Source: Sphagnum compactum
Lineage: Eukaryota
Direction: 5' to 3'
DNA length: 64,000 nucleotides
Assembly (NCBI GenBank): GCA_965153455.1
Contig: OZ234494.1
Span: forward strand, 2,294,001-2,358,000
Below the pieces are notes generated by a model. The model was not told the DNA's origin, did not search any database, and saw only the letters and a program-made list of their open reading frames with translations. Made by a program: the position numbers and the translations under genes. Of the stretch, positions 49,353-61,048 are shown piece by piece; the stretch's first letter is position 1; the number at the start of each line of letters is the position of its first letter.

Positions 49353-52300
49353 GCAAAAAGGTTTTTTTGGGAGCTTCAGGTCCGTTAGCTGTCGGCGACA
49401 GAGCAAACAACAGAAGCTCTAAACCCTAAACCCTAGACGTCAGACAGACAGGCCCAAGATGGGCTTGCTTTAAAGCTTTTGAGTGTGAATTTGTACTGTC
49501 CTGAGGTTCGTTTTAAAAGGGGTTAAGTTGCTTTCTTTGGTTCCTTCCCAATTGGGTTGTCCCATTGAAATCTATCCATCTATCTATCTATCTGAAGAAA
49601 CACAAGATTCCTAACAAAAGCAAAGCATGAGTGAGTACTAAGTAGTTATGGGCAGTAATCAATCATTCCACTCAATAATACCAAGTCAATAATCCTTTCT
49701 CTTTTCTATAATGAACTTCTTACAAAACATTCATCACAAAAGTCTAAAAAGTGTACTAGTGTATTCCAAAGTATACAAGAAATTTTCTAGTCTACTCGTT
49801 ACCTCCAAATACACACTAGAAAATTTCTTGCTGCTCTTTACTCGCTACAGAATGGTGTCTGTTATGGCTCCCAATGAGCCATATGGTGAGCCCCGTAGGT
49901 GAGCTTTTGGCAAACTAGGAGCCATAACCCGTACCCAATGCTTGCTGGCTTGTTGAAGGAAAGATCTGAACTTGCTACTTAGGCTGGTCTTAAAATAGGG
50001 TTTAGGGTTTAGGGTTTTAGGTTCCTAATGACATAATCTACCATTATGGCCAATTATGGAAAAGAGAAATGGCTGAAAATTTGTGGAATCCGAAGGTTCA
50101 GACCTTTACAAGTAGGGTAATGCCAAAGGAGTAGGGCATTCCAAAAATTAAGTTCCTAAGTCATTCTCAAAATAAGTGGCCTTGAGCTCACTCGTTTATT
50201 TTGGAAACACCCTCCCCCCCCCCTCTCCCCCCTCTCCTCCTCGGGCTTTACCTTGTGTACAGCATTGGAAAAATCTTGTTTTTATTTGCATTTTGTCATA
50301 GGATAGTTAACAGGTATCTGTTGGGTATCAAATTTTGTTTTTGTCTACTTTCATATCTAGCATGTAGCCAAATTTGGCTAAATTATTTGCTGGATGATCG
50401 CCACTTTGGCTACATCACAAAACCCTTAAAAGAAGCCCTGGGGCTTCTGGCCATAACTTTACTTTACGCACAAACTTCATTGCAAGTGATGAAGAAGAAG
50501 AAGAAGAAGCATGTCAAGTTTCAAAATCTTTGGTGTGTGTGAAGTGAGATGATGATCACATTAGTTAGGCTAACACACTTGGGGCAATGTCCAATCTTTT
50601 GTACACAATTTAATTTACACAAATTTAATATCACACACTCTTTAGCATCCAACTGCAAACAACTGCCTATTTTGACTCCTACCCTAAGTTTCCCATTCTC
50701 CAAGAAAATTTCAAAATTTCAAAATCTTGTAATCTTCAAGGGATCATGCCAATCAAGGGCTTTGTATGTGTGTGTGTGTGTGTGTGTGTGTTTTTTTTTT
50801 CAATTTTGTCATGTAGCTGAATTGGCAATCGTATCCATAAGAGGATTTAGCCAAATCTGGCTATAAACCAAATATGAAGATTAAAAGGATGGGGAAGTGA
50901 TGAACTTTGAACCATGATCTCTTATGCTCTTTAAAATCACTTAAGGATAAAACAATTCATATTTGAATGTGTTATTAGATGTCATTTTTTATTATTGAAA
51001 AACATTGTGCATCTTATATTAGTATGTGTTAACTTTGTAGTTATGTGATATGCCATATGTTGCATTCTTAGTCTATCGGTTAATTAATAGATTTTTTTTG
51101 GGATTGGAATTAAATCTGATATAGGGATGATTTCATGAATAACTCAAAACTCATCATGAGATGGCAAAGGTAAGCCCAATGGCAAATCAAATATAAGGTG
51201 ATTTTAAAGGATAATTTTATTATCATTAACATTATTAACATAATATTTCCATAAGTTAAAGTGAAAATCATTTCTCAAATTGAAGGTGCTACTAGGGATG
51301 TAGTTTGCAAGTCTTGAAAAATTGAATTGCAAGTGTTCAACACATGAAGTCAAAAGTGGGAAATCAAATTTCTACCCTTGAAGGTGGGACTCCTTGATGG
51401 AAATACACCCCAACACAAATGCTCAAGATAATGGCATATTCTAGAAAACTTCATTTAGTTAAGATCCCAACCTTTCAAATTACAAACCTTCTTGACTTAT
51501 GAATAAAATTTAAAGTTAGGGAAAACATTGCAATTCAGAAGACCATTTTAGACTTAGTTTCATCAATTTCCTTTGAAGTTTGAACTCATTTTACAAAGTT
51601 GTTGTTTTCATAACAATTAGAATGTTGTTATTGAAACACATTTAGCGACCCATTGTGGCTTTTCTCAAAAATGTTTACAATTCCATCACCTTGATTGCTA
51701 CAAACAAAACCTTCCTTAAATAAAAAGCACAATCCAAGCTTGAGGTTGTCATGGTACTTATTTCGTATACCTCCCCCATTCAACTAAAAGTTCGTGCTCA
51801 TTGTTATCCAAACAATGAATTATGATGCTTGGATTTGAACTCCAACTCATTGTCCAATAGGTAGGTATAGGACTATTACTTAGATTAACCCTAATTTGAA
51901 GTGTTGAAACTCTAATAAACTCCATGATTGAAAAAAATTCCTTGTTAAACATGTTTATTGCTTTGGAAGGTTGCAATCAAATATTGTGGTCACCAAATCA
52001 TTGATCTCTTAATTTCTCACCAAATCATCACCAAACATATATATCAATTTATAGTAGGTTGCCAATATAATAAAGGGAATTCTCATTTTTTTTTTCCACT
52101 TGCCATAAATAAGTTGCAGTAAAATCTGGCTACATCTTGCCACCTTAGACACTATTCTAAAATCCTTAGAAAAAACACTACACTTAACACAGTCTCCAAG
52201 AAAAAATAAAAATCCTCATAATTTGTGCAAAGACCTTTGACATTGTATTGGCAAAAGTTGCACATGAGAGAATAAGCACATGACCTTAGTAGTGTCGTTC

Positions 52301-54820
52301 TTGCTTTTTCTCTCAACCATGAATGTGCAAATTCCTCGAGCTAGTCAAGCATCGTTACGCACGTATGTTTTGGCATGGTTACTGTTTTCGAGCGTTTGTG
52401 TAGATGTTGAAAATTTTGAACCTTGACGCGTTAGATTGAAAAACTGGATGGATTCAGTCAATAGGAAATAAAAATAATGGTTTCTTGTATGTCTGAAGCT
52501 TTTGAAGCTACTTACAAAACCTACCCTTCCATCTTACAAACCTACACTCCTTTCCCTCCCAACCTCTTTTGACAAAAAGGAGAATGGAGTGGTTGGACAA
52601 CACTAAACCCAAAACCCATCTCTGGCTTTTGTGTTTTGAAAATTTGAAAGTTTGGTAACAAAAGGCAAATGTTCTGTTCCAACTTCCCATGTCACAGAAA
52701 GAGCAGTCTTTGGAGATCTGTGCATTGGGTTCTCTTTGACTTTAAGATCTACTGAAGGATCTACAGTTGGGTATATGATTGATTGCCTGTCTAAGAGGAG
52801 GCAAACTGTACAAAGAAGCTAGATGATGTAGCTAGCTTGGGTTGAGGCAAAATTTAATGAACACACAAATCTCCTTGCAGTAATAATTATGAACCCATTT
52901 TCAAGGCATTTATAAATCTCAACTCCACTCAACTCGAACTCAAGTTTCAACTCAGCTCAACTCTGTGCCTTCAATCTGAGCAACTACAATTATATGATAC
53001 TACCTACTTACACCCAAAATGTCTTAAGGCACAGACATTATTATGTGGTGCACAGTTTGTTAGTGACAGGTTCCTCCAATTCTCGTCTTCATGGCTTGAT
53101 TGGGTTGTGTGTGTTTTCTTTATTGGATTCTCTTGGGAGGAAAAGACAAGGAGCAAAAGGTCCTGGAGCATTGAGGGGGGAGAGATACTTACTCACTGGC
53201 CAGTTGTGTTGTCTTTATGCTATCAAAACCTAGTGAAAGTGTAAGAGAAAACTGGGATGCCAGTAAGAGGAAAGACACTAATAATTAGAGGTCCCTTTTA
53301 ATGTATTCGTTCTGAGTTCAAAGAGTTTTTGCACGTTTGGACCCAATGAGTAGTGTGATGAGGAGAGTAATCAATCAAAAGAATGGGGTTTTTGGGGAGT
53401 CAAGTTTGGCATTTAACAGCAAGTTTCTGACATGCAAAATTCACCATGGAGCTTGGTGATTGAATTATGCACACAGCTTTGTTGTCCTAGTGTTTTGTTG
53501 CTCTCTTTACCTCTCTACCCTGGAGGCCACCCTCTCTCAGTTTTGCGCTCATTTTATAAACAGAGGGTGTCGGTGGCGACGTTACAACAACAACAACGTG
53601 TGTAGGCGGCCTCTATTTTGAGATGTGCTGTTGTAGTAAGTGAGGGTTTTTCTAGGCTAAGTCTCCTTTCAGGAGGTCCTCCCCCTTCTTCTTATGCTTC
53701 TTGTGGCAGGAGGGAGGGGGTTTGGGAACTTGATTAGGGTTTAGGTTAGGATTAAAAGTCCCTTGGGATTAGGGTTTAGGTTAGGATTAAAGTTTTAGGA
53801 TTTTAATAAATGGTCAAACATTTTTACAAAGCAGACTTACCTTGTGAATGGTCATCTCCCATTAGGCTAGGGTTTTAGGGTTTTAGGGTTTAGGGCTGAA
53901 CCCTAATCCCATATGTGAACTGCCCAAAGTATTATTCACAAGCAACTCAAGATGTAGTAAAAAAAAAGTGGGTATTTTGATTGGTCCATCACAAAAAAAA
54001 AATTTATTTTTTATTATTGGAACATTGGACATGCCCAAAATAGAATCCAGTTTCTAGCAACTTTTGATGTGCTAAAAACATGTTGGCCAATTAAAAATTC
54101 ATTACTATAGTTTTTTTTTTTTTTTTTGGTGACTAGAGCCTGGAAACTAGTGTTTGTAGTGGCCAATTTATTTAGTTTTTTTTCAAAAAAATTTCTGGAA
54201 AAACACATTTTACATTAAAAAAAACATAATTCCAAATCTTTCTATATACAAAAAAAAATCTAAAATAGCAAAAAAATGTGCCACCAAAAAATTCATTTTT
54301 GTAGCTTGCATTATTATGATTACTATGTAAGTAAGTAAAAAACATTTTTATTTGCTAGATTTTTATATTACATTCTTTTATTAAAAAAATTTCTTAAATG
54401 GTAGTTTGTCACTTTGACTACATTACAAAATTGAAAATAAAATAAAATTAAAGGATTAAAATCTGCCCCAAAGTAAGGGATTATTCATTATTAACTTTTT
54501 TTTGCATTACTAAAATAAAAAAATTTGGAGGTTTTTAATCATCAGATTTTTTTTAATATTAGATTTTTATATGATTTTTTGGAACTATGATTTTTATAGC
54601 CAAATTTGATTAAATCTTCTTTATGGACTCAAAAGAAATGTTAAATTTGGACTTAACAATCCTGATTTTTAGTCTATGTATTAATGTGAATTGGATATTT
54701 ATGATTTTTAGATCCATCACAAATATGGGAAAATAATAATAATAATAGTAATAATAATAATAATAATAAATTCCAAATGGGCCTAAGAGAGGACTTAGGA
54801 GATTTCCCCCCTTTTTTTCT

Positions 54821-55280
54821 TCAAATTTGTGATGTAGCCAAATTGATGTTCATAAAAAAGAAGATATAGCCAAATTTGGCTATAGAAAATATGAAAGTAA
54901 AAAACTGTAATAATCCTTTTGTATTTTTGGCTAACTGCTGGAACTTGCTATAAAATTCTGGTGAATTAAAAAAAAATTCACAAAAAATTCCCTCTTTTAT
55001 GTGTTAATTTCTGATGTGGCAATTTTTTTTTTTGCCATTTTGCAGAAATATCTTGAAAAAGGAAATTTTCTCCCCCCAAATTCCCTTTTCGAGGAAAAAA
55101 CAATTACTAAAAAAAATTCTTTAAGAAAAAAAAAACGAAAACAACATATTCGCCACAACTACATACAACATGAAAGGGTGGTCAAGTTTTTTTTTCTACT
55201 GGCATATTTTGAGTATCGCCAAATTTGGCTAAAAAGCATTGTGGATGTCACCACTCTGGCACCTACCTCACAATTTTTTT
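54821..55280. mobile_element. Fragments of the CAGTGTTT/TAGCCAAAT MITE family in both orientations
   Basis: TTTGTGATGTAGCCAAA..GATATAGCCAAATTTGGCTA and the inverted GCCAAATTTGGCTAAA..GGATG..CCACT..GGC cores. Confidence 0.55.
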
Positions 55281-55925
55281 AAATTAACAATTATTATCAT
55301 TATTATTATTATTATTATTAGTACTAAAAACCTGGTAAGTACTAAAAGCATATTAAATATTTTATTTGTAACCCTAACTCCAGTTTGATAAAATAATAAT
55401 AATAAAATAAATAAAGTAGAATGAAGTTGAAGGTCAACCCTAGGTAGCATTGGCCACAAAAAAGCACAATAGCCAGAAATCTGGCGGAACTCGGCACGTA
55501 CTCCCACCACACACACCTACAATAGCCAAGTGCCCTCTCCTAAGTACCTACCTACCTACCTACCTACCCCCTTTTTGGCCTTTTTTCCGACCCTTCCCGC
55601 TCGCCCGCCCTCCCTCCCTCCCTCCCTCGGACCTCCCCCTCTCCGCCCTCCTGCGGGAAGACTGTCGTCACTGGAGTTTCTTGGGTGCTTGCTGCTCTTC
55701 TTCTCCTGTTGCTGCTTCTGCTGTGAGGTGCTATTGCTACTGTGTTGTTGGTGGTGGTGGTGGTGCTGGTGCTGCTGTGCGGTTTTTGGTGGTGAAGATC
55801 ACGGTGGTTCTGCTGCTGTGAAGTGGTGGTGGTGGTGGTTCTGCTGTTGTTGCTGCTGCTGTGAGGTTTTTGGTGGTGGTGGTGGTTTTTATGAGTAGGG
55901 AGGTGGTTGAGAACCAAGTGTGTGA

Positions 55926-58900
55926 ATGAAGCATGTAGGCGTGCAAGGAATGGGGGGTTCTAAAGGTATGGCAAAAGCTGAAGTTGGATTTTTTTTTTAA
56001 ATTTTTTTTGGGGGAGTTCTGGTTGTTTTGGTGGTTGCAATGGGGGGTGGTAGATTGCATTGCGCAATGGACAATTGCAAGTTTCGTTTAAAATACGGTG
56101 CTTAGGAAGTGAGGATATACTTTTTCTTTTTTTCCCTTTTTTGTGAGTTGGTTTTCGTCCTGTTGCACCGCATTTACTTACTACGCTGAGCAAGAGTGAA
56201 GATGAATTTATGGGTTTGGGGTTTTGGTGGAGCTCACTCAGAGTGGGGGTGGCGGGGCGGAAGAGGGTTATGCGAGGTTTGATGACGTTGCGTGTAGGCG
56301 AGGGGTGCAGGAGTTGGTTTTTCTGATGTTGGACTAGCCTCTAAGAAGAGAAAGAAAAGACACGGTTTCTCCATAGCCTTGAATAAATGGAACTTTAGAG
56401 TATGACTGATGACATGGTTGGAGAGAAATGCAGCTTTTGTGAATATCGTCTACTCTGTAATAGTTTCAGAGGATTACCCTTCATCAAAGTGTTGTGTATC
56501 TGTGGATTTTTTTCTCTGCAATTCATAGATTTTGTAAATTGAAGATGGGTTTTTATATGGGAGAAGAAGCAATGCAGTCTGTGCCAGGGAATCGATGACT
56601 TTAGGGAGACTGTAATCAAGAATGCAGAAATGTAGCTAGGTAATGAATGTGTCACCATTCCTGCTTCTGTCATCTCAGCTCAAGAACTGAAAATCTGAGC
56701 TGCCTGAAACTTCTTTATTGTGACATCGTGTGGAGTCATGAGGTACATTCTGAAGGACCCATGTCCGCATTGTTGCAGTATCCAGACATGGTGCTAATTT
56801 TATATGCAAAAGTCACAAGATCTTAGGGGACATTTCTCAAAGACCAGAGCTCTGTTGTGAAAACAATTCCTCTTTTCTTTTTTCCCTCTTCATCTTTCTT
56901 TCCCCTTGTTGTGTAAACCCTTTCCAACTTAGGTGACATGAAGTCTCCTTTATGATCTGACTATGATGCTGTTGCTGGTCCATGGTATTATGGGGCAGCA
57001 GGGTTACATGGCCATGTGCCAACATCAACTGATGATAGGTATGAGCAGCATAGCATCGATGGATCAAGCACCATAAGTACAGATGGGTTGGCCTCAGAGC
57101 AAATGCTGGGAGATGGTGATATAAGCTTCAGGCACACACATGGTGAAGATGTGGCTAGTAGTTCAGATGGGTCATCGCCTTTAGGTTGGCCCCTTGGGAG
57201 AACAGATCGGCCAAGTGGGGAGCCTTCTCCTTCATCGTCGGAATTGAACAGGAGCAGGGATCTATTCATGTGGGAGGAGAAGAGAGAGAAAAGACAAACA
57301 GTACTTTCTGGTACATTTCTTTGCTGAAAATTTCAGACTGAACCCAGAACCATAAAACCCCTTAGCTAGCTAGCTCAATGGCTGTTGCACAAGAATGTGG
57401 AATTATTGACTAGGAGGAATATTAGGTCATGTTTGTCGCCCAAAATCATGCCTGGTTAAATTCGGATGGTTTTTTAAAAGATGGGTTCTCTTCACTAAAA
57501 ACCTTGTTAGTGTGCCATGGGCTGGTATCAATATGAGACTGTACAGGGAGAAATGTCTCCTTTTTCAACAGCTCTTGTTGCATTACTAAATGCTGGGAAT
57601 TTTTTTGTTCCATCTGTTATTGCAGAGGTAGAGTTGATGAAGGAAAGATTTGCAAAGCTGCTGCTTGGGGATGACATGTCTGGTGGTGCTAAAGGAGTCT
57701 GTACAGCCTTGGCCATCTCCAATGCCATTACAAACCTCTCAGGTATCTGCTTTTGATGCACAACTACCCACTGAAAGAAACCTACCATCATCCTGACTTG
57801 TTCCAACCCTGACCTCCCCTCAACTCATCCAATCCTTCCTTGCACTTGCATGTATAAATCTTAAGTTAAAGAGTATGTCATTTGAGTGTCAGGAGCTACT
57901 TGCTTGCAGTGAAGGGTAAGGCCCTCAGTTGAGGGCATTACCAGAAGAAGGGGCTGTGCAAGGCGGTTGCCAAGCGTGGACCCACTTCTGGTAATGCTCT
58001 CAACTGAGGGCCTTACCTCAAGTAAAGACTTGCTAAAATTTGCAAAACAACAGAAGTTACCTCCCAAAAAAAGAAGGTCCTGCCTGCGATTTCTCAGAAA
58101 TCAAATTTTGGTGTAGAACATACCATCCAAATATGCTAAAAAACTTTCGGCAGGTCTGTACGTAACTGGTGAACTGCAGGGCAGCATCCTGTTTGGCCAC
58201 TGGACCCTATTGATGGATTGTGTGTAGCATATGCGTTGATCCAGCAATGGGTGTCAATGATGAAACAGCAAATAGTAATTATGATATGTGCTGTCTGTAG
58301 GCCATGTATTAAGATGTTTTGGTCACCTGTCTGTTTGTAAGAGATTGCTGTCCAAAAATGAGATTTGGGTGTGGGTGTGGTTCCAGCTTCCCTTTTTGGT
58401 GAGCTCTGGAGGCTAGAACCACTTGCTGAGGATCGGCGAACAAGATGGCGGAGGGAAATGGAGTGGCTTCTCTCAGTCAGTGATCACATTGTAGAGTTGG
58501 TCCCTTCGTGGCAAACTTTTCCAGATGGTACAAACTTGGAGGTAAGGTCCCATAAACACACCTTACTGCCAATTTGCCTCATTGAGCTCTGCTCTTGACA
58601 CACAGAAACCAATCAGTGGCTTGTGGATCAAGAGTGTCCATCAGTTATTCAGTACTGGTGCAGATCTGGACTAAAAAATTCAAGCACTGGAATCCCGCTT
58701 CATAGCTCATTCACATCAGGGCAATATCTGGTTTATTCTCCCTTTTACAGAATGCAGAATGTTTTGGAGAGCTCAAACTCTCAAGACAACCTTGTTATTC
58801 AAGGGGAAGGAAGAGAGAAGTTGTATTCAGCTACCATCCCCAGTTCTTATTTGAAATGGAGTTTAGGGTATTGAACATTGTTAGTAATTTGATGCAGGTG

Positions 58901-61048
58901 ATGGTGAGTCGGCCCCGCTCAGATCTTCACATAAATCTTCCAGCTTTACGCAAGTTGGATACCATGCTAGTGGTATAATATGACCCACCTGTCTGTGGTT
59001 TTTTTTTCAATGGAGTAGCAGCACTCAGTGAGTGTGACTTGTGCACTGGGCGGAGTATGCAAACAAGTCTCTATATTATTGTACTCGCACAAGAACCTGG
59101 TTGCAATTTTGAGATCTAGAACTTCACAGGAGTCACTGTGGTCCAGGAATTTATTTGCCATGATTTGATACCCTTGAAAGTTTTGGTTTGTGGAGTTTTC
59201 TGCAATTTCGACAATCTCATAAATGTTGGAATTTGTTTTGCCACTTGGTGAGTTTCTCATTTGATTTTGTGGATGTTCAATAACAGGACTCACTGGACAG
59301 ATACACTGAAACAGAGTTCTGGTATGTGGATCGAGGCATTGTTATGGCTGAGAAAGATAACCAGGGTGGTCCCAAGCTCTCTCTTCAACGGCAAGAAGAG
59401 AAATGGTGGCTGCCAACTCCAAAAGTACCGGTGAATGGTTTGTCTGTGGAGGCAAGAAGATGGTTGCAACATCAAAGGGAGTGCACGAGCCAAATACTTA
59501 AAGCAGCCATGTCCATCAATGGGCAGGTCTTGTCTGAGATGGAGGTCCCTCAAATCTACTTGGACTCCCTTCCTAAGGTGAGGTTTTTTCAGCTGCATGT
59601 TTGGGCAGATCTGGTGTATAACCACTCTTGAAGTAATGTGTAAATGGCATGGATCAATTGTGCTGAAAATCGTAAATTTTATTTGTGTATTCAGAGTGGA
59701 AAGGCAAGCCTTGGAGAATCTCTATACAAAGGACTGTCATCAGAGAAATTTTCAACTGCACAGTTCCTATCTACATTAGATCTCTCAAATGAGCACAGTA
59801 AATTGGAAATCGCAGATCGGTTAGAGACAGCACTCCTCATATGGCACCAGAAGATTCAGACAAAACAGTTGAATCCAGCATCAAAATCATCTTGGGGCAT
59901 GATGAAAGACTTTGTTGCAGATGAGAACAAGCGGGAGCAAGTTGCTGACAGAGCGGAAAGTTTGCTCCTTTGCTTGAAACAGCGGTTTCCAGGCCTGACA
60001 CAGACAGCTTTGGATATGAACAAGATACAGTATAATAGGGTAAGTGGCAAAAACCAGTCCACCATTGAGGTTCCCTTTCCATCAGGCTGATGTGATCACA
60101 GTGGCCTAATGCAAAAACCACTGGCATAGGGCCTTGTTTCTTGCGGCAGGGTCAGTGGCTTTCCATTGGAGAGGTGCAACTGTGGTGAAAATGTGTAATT
60201 AATCATGTTAGGAACTCTGGGAACACATGTTCTCATGAAAAGAAGGATAGATGTCATTGCATGGTGAGCCAATCCGTGACTCACAGCTCTCATAGCTCCT
60301 GCAATTGGTTAATGCTTGACTGGTAGAGCTGTGAGATGACAGAGCACAGCTGCTTGAAAAAATATAATGGAAAGCTGTTGTGATCACAACAGCCTAATGG
60401 AAAGATGCGGTGTGTGTGGCTGCTCTGTCTGTTGTACCCTTCAAATCATTCATTGACCCAAGTCTGAATTTGCTTCTGATTCAATGTAATGTGTTTTTAT
60501 CAGAGGGATGGCAGCCAGTTACTGATCCAGGTTTCATGCAAATTTGTCTGCAGGATGTAGGGCAATCAATACTGGAGAGCTACTCAAGGGTGCTAGAGAG
60601 CTTGGCATCCACCATCATTGCCCGCATTGATGATATCCTATATGCTGATAACCTTGTTACAATGTCAGCTGTTCCAACAGCTCCAACATCAGGAAAATCT
60701 GGAATCCCTCATTCAAAGAGGAACCATGGATCTTATACTGTGCAATTACCAGCTGTTGGTACTCCTCGTAACACAACTCCTTTTGTTTCTCCCAATACTT
60801 CACCAACACCCGACTCAAACATGAAATCAAATTCAGTGCATGATGTTACGCAAGGAACAGTCCTCATACAAGGACCACATTTAACCCAAGTATTTTCAGA
60901 TTTTCTGTCTAGTGAGAAGCTAGAAATGGAGGCGAAGAAAGAGCAGGAAGATCTGGTGAAGATCCCTCCCAATGCAACCAACACATGGAGTTATGCAGGT
61001 GAACTTGAAAACAGCAATGCTTTGCACAGTCCACCAAGTCGAGACTAA
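55926..61048 (+). CDS. ROPGEF: Rop guanine nucleotide exchange factor (PRONE domain), ~608 aa
   Basis: Exons 55926-55965 (inferred first exon), 57002-57310, 57626-57742, 58387-58541, 58898-58972, 59287-59577, 59695-60039 and 60554-61048, all GT-AG, 1827 nt open. PRONE motifs [78 protein letters not shown]; ends SPPSRD. Confidence 0.95.
57915..58017. repeat. Near-perfect intronic inverted repeat (hairpin)
   Basis: 33-bp arms 57915-57947 and 57985-58017 differ at one position (G-U on the sense RNA); the 37-nt loop can also pair. Confidence 0.95.
60075..60404. mobile_element. Putative MITE in RopGEF intron 7
   Basis: About 30-bp imperfect inverted ends CTTTCCATCAGGCTGATGTGATCACA / TGTGATCACAACAGCCTAATGGAAAG and an internal hairpin TCACAGCTCT/AGAGCTGTGA. 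Confidence 0.55.

Noticed and set aside
53835..53860. U1 snRNA (ACTTACCT)
   Set aside because: Downstream sequence lacks the U1 stem-loops and Sm site.
55450..56060. Poly-Cys/Trp/Thr/His ORFs
   Set aside because: Products of GGT/TGC microsatellites in the RopGEF leader.
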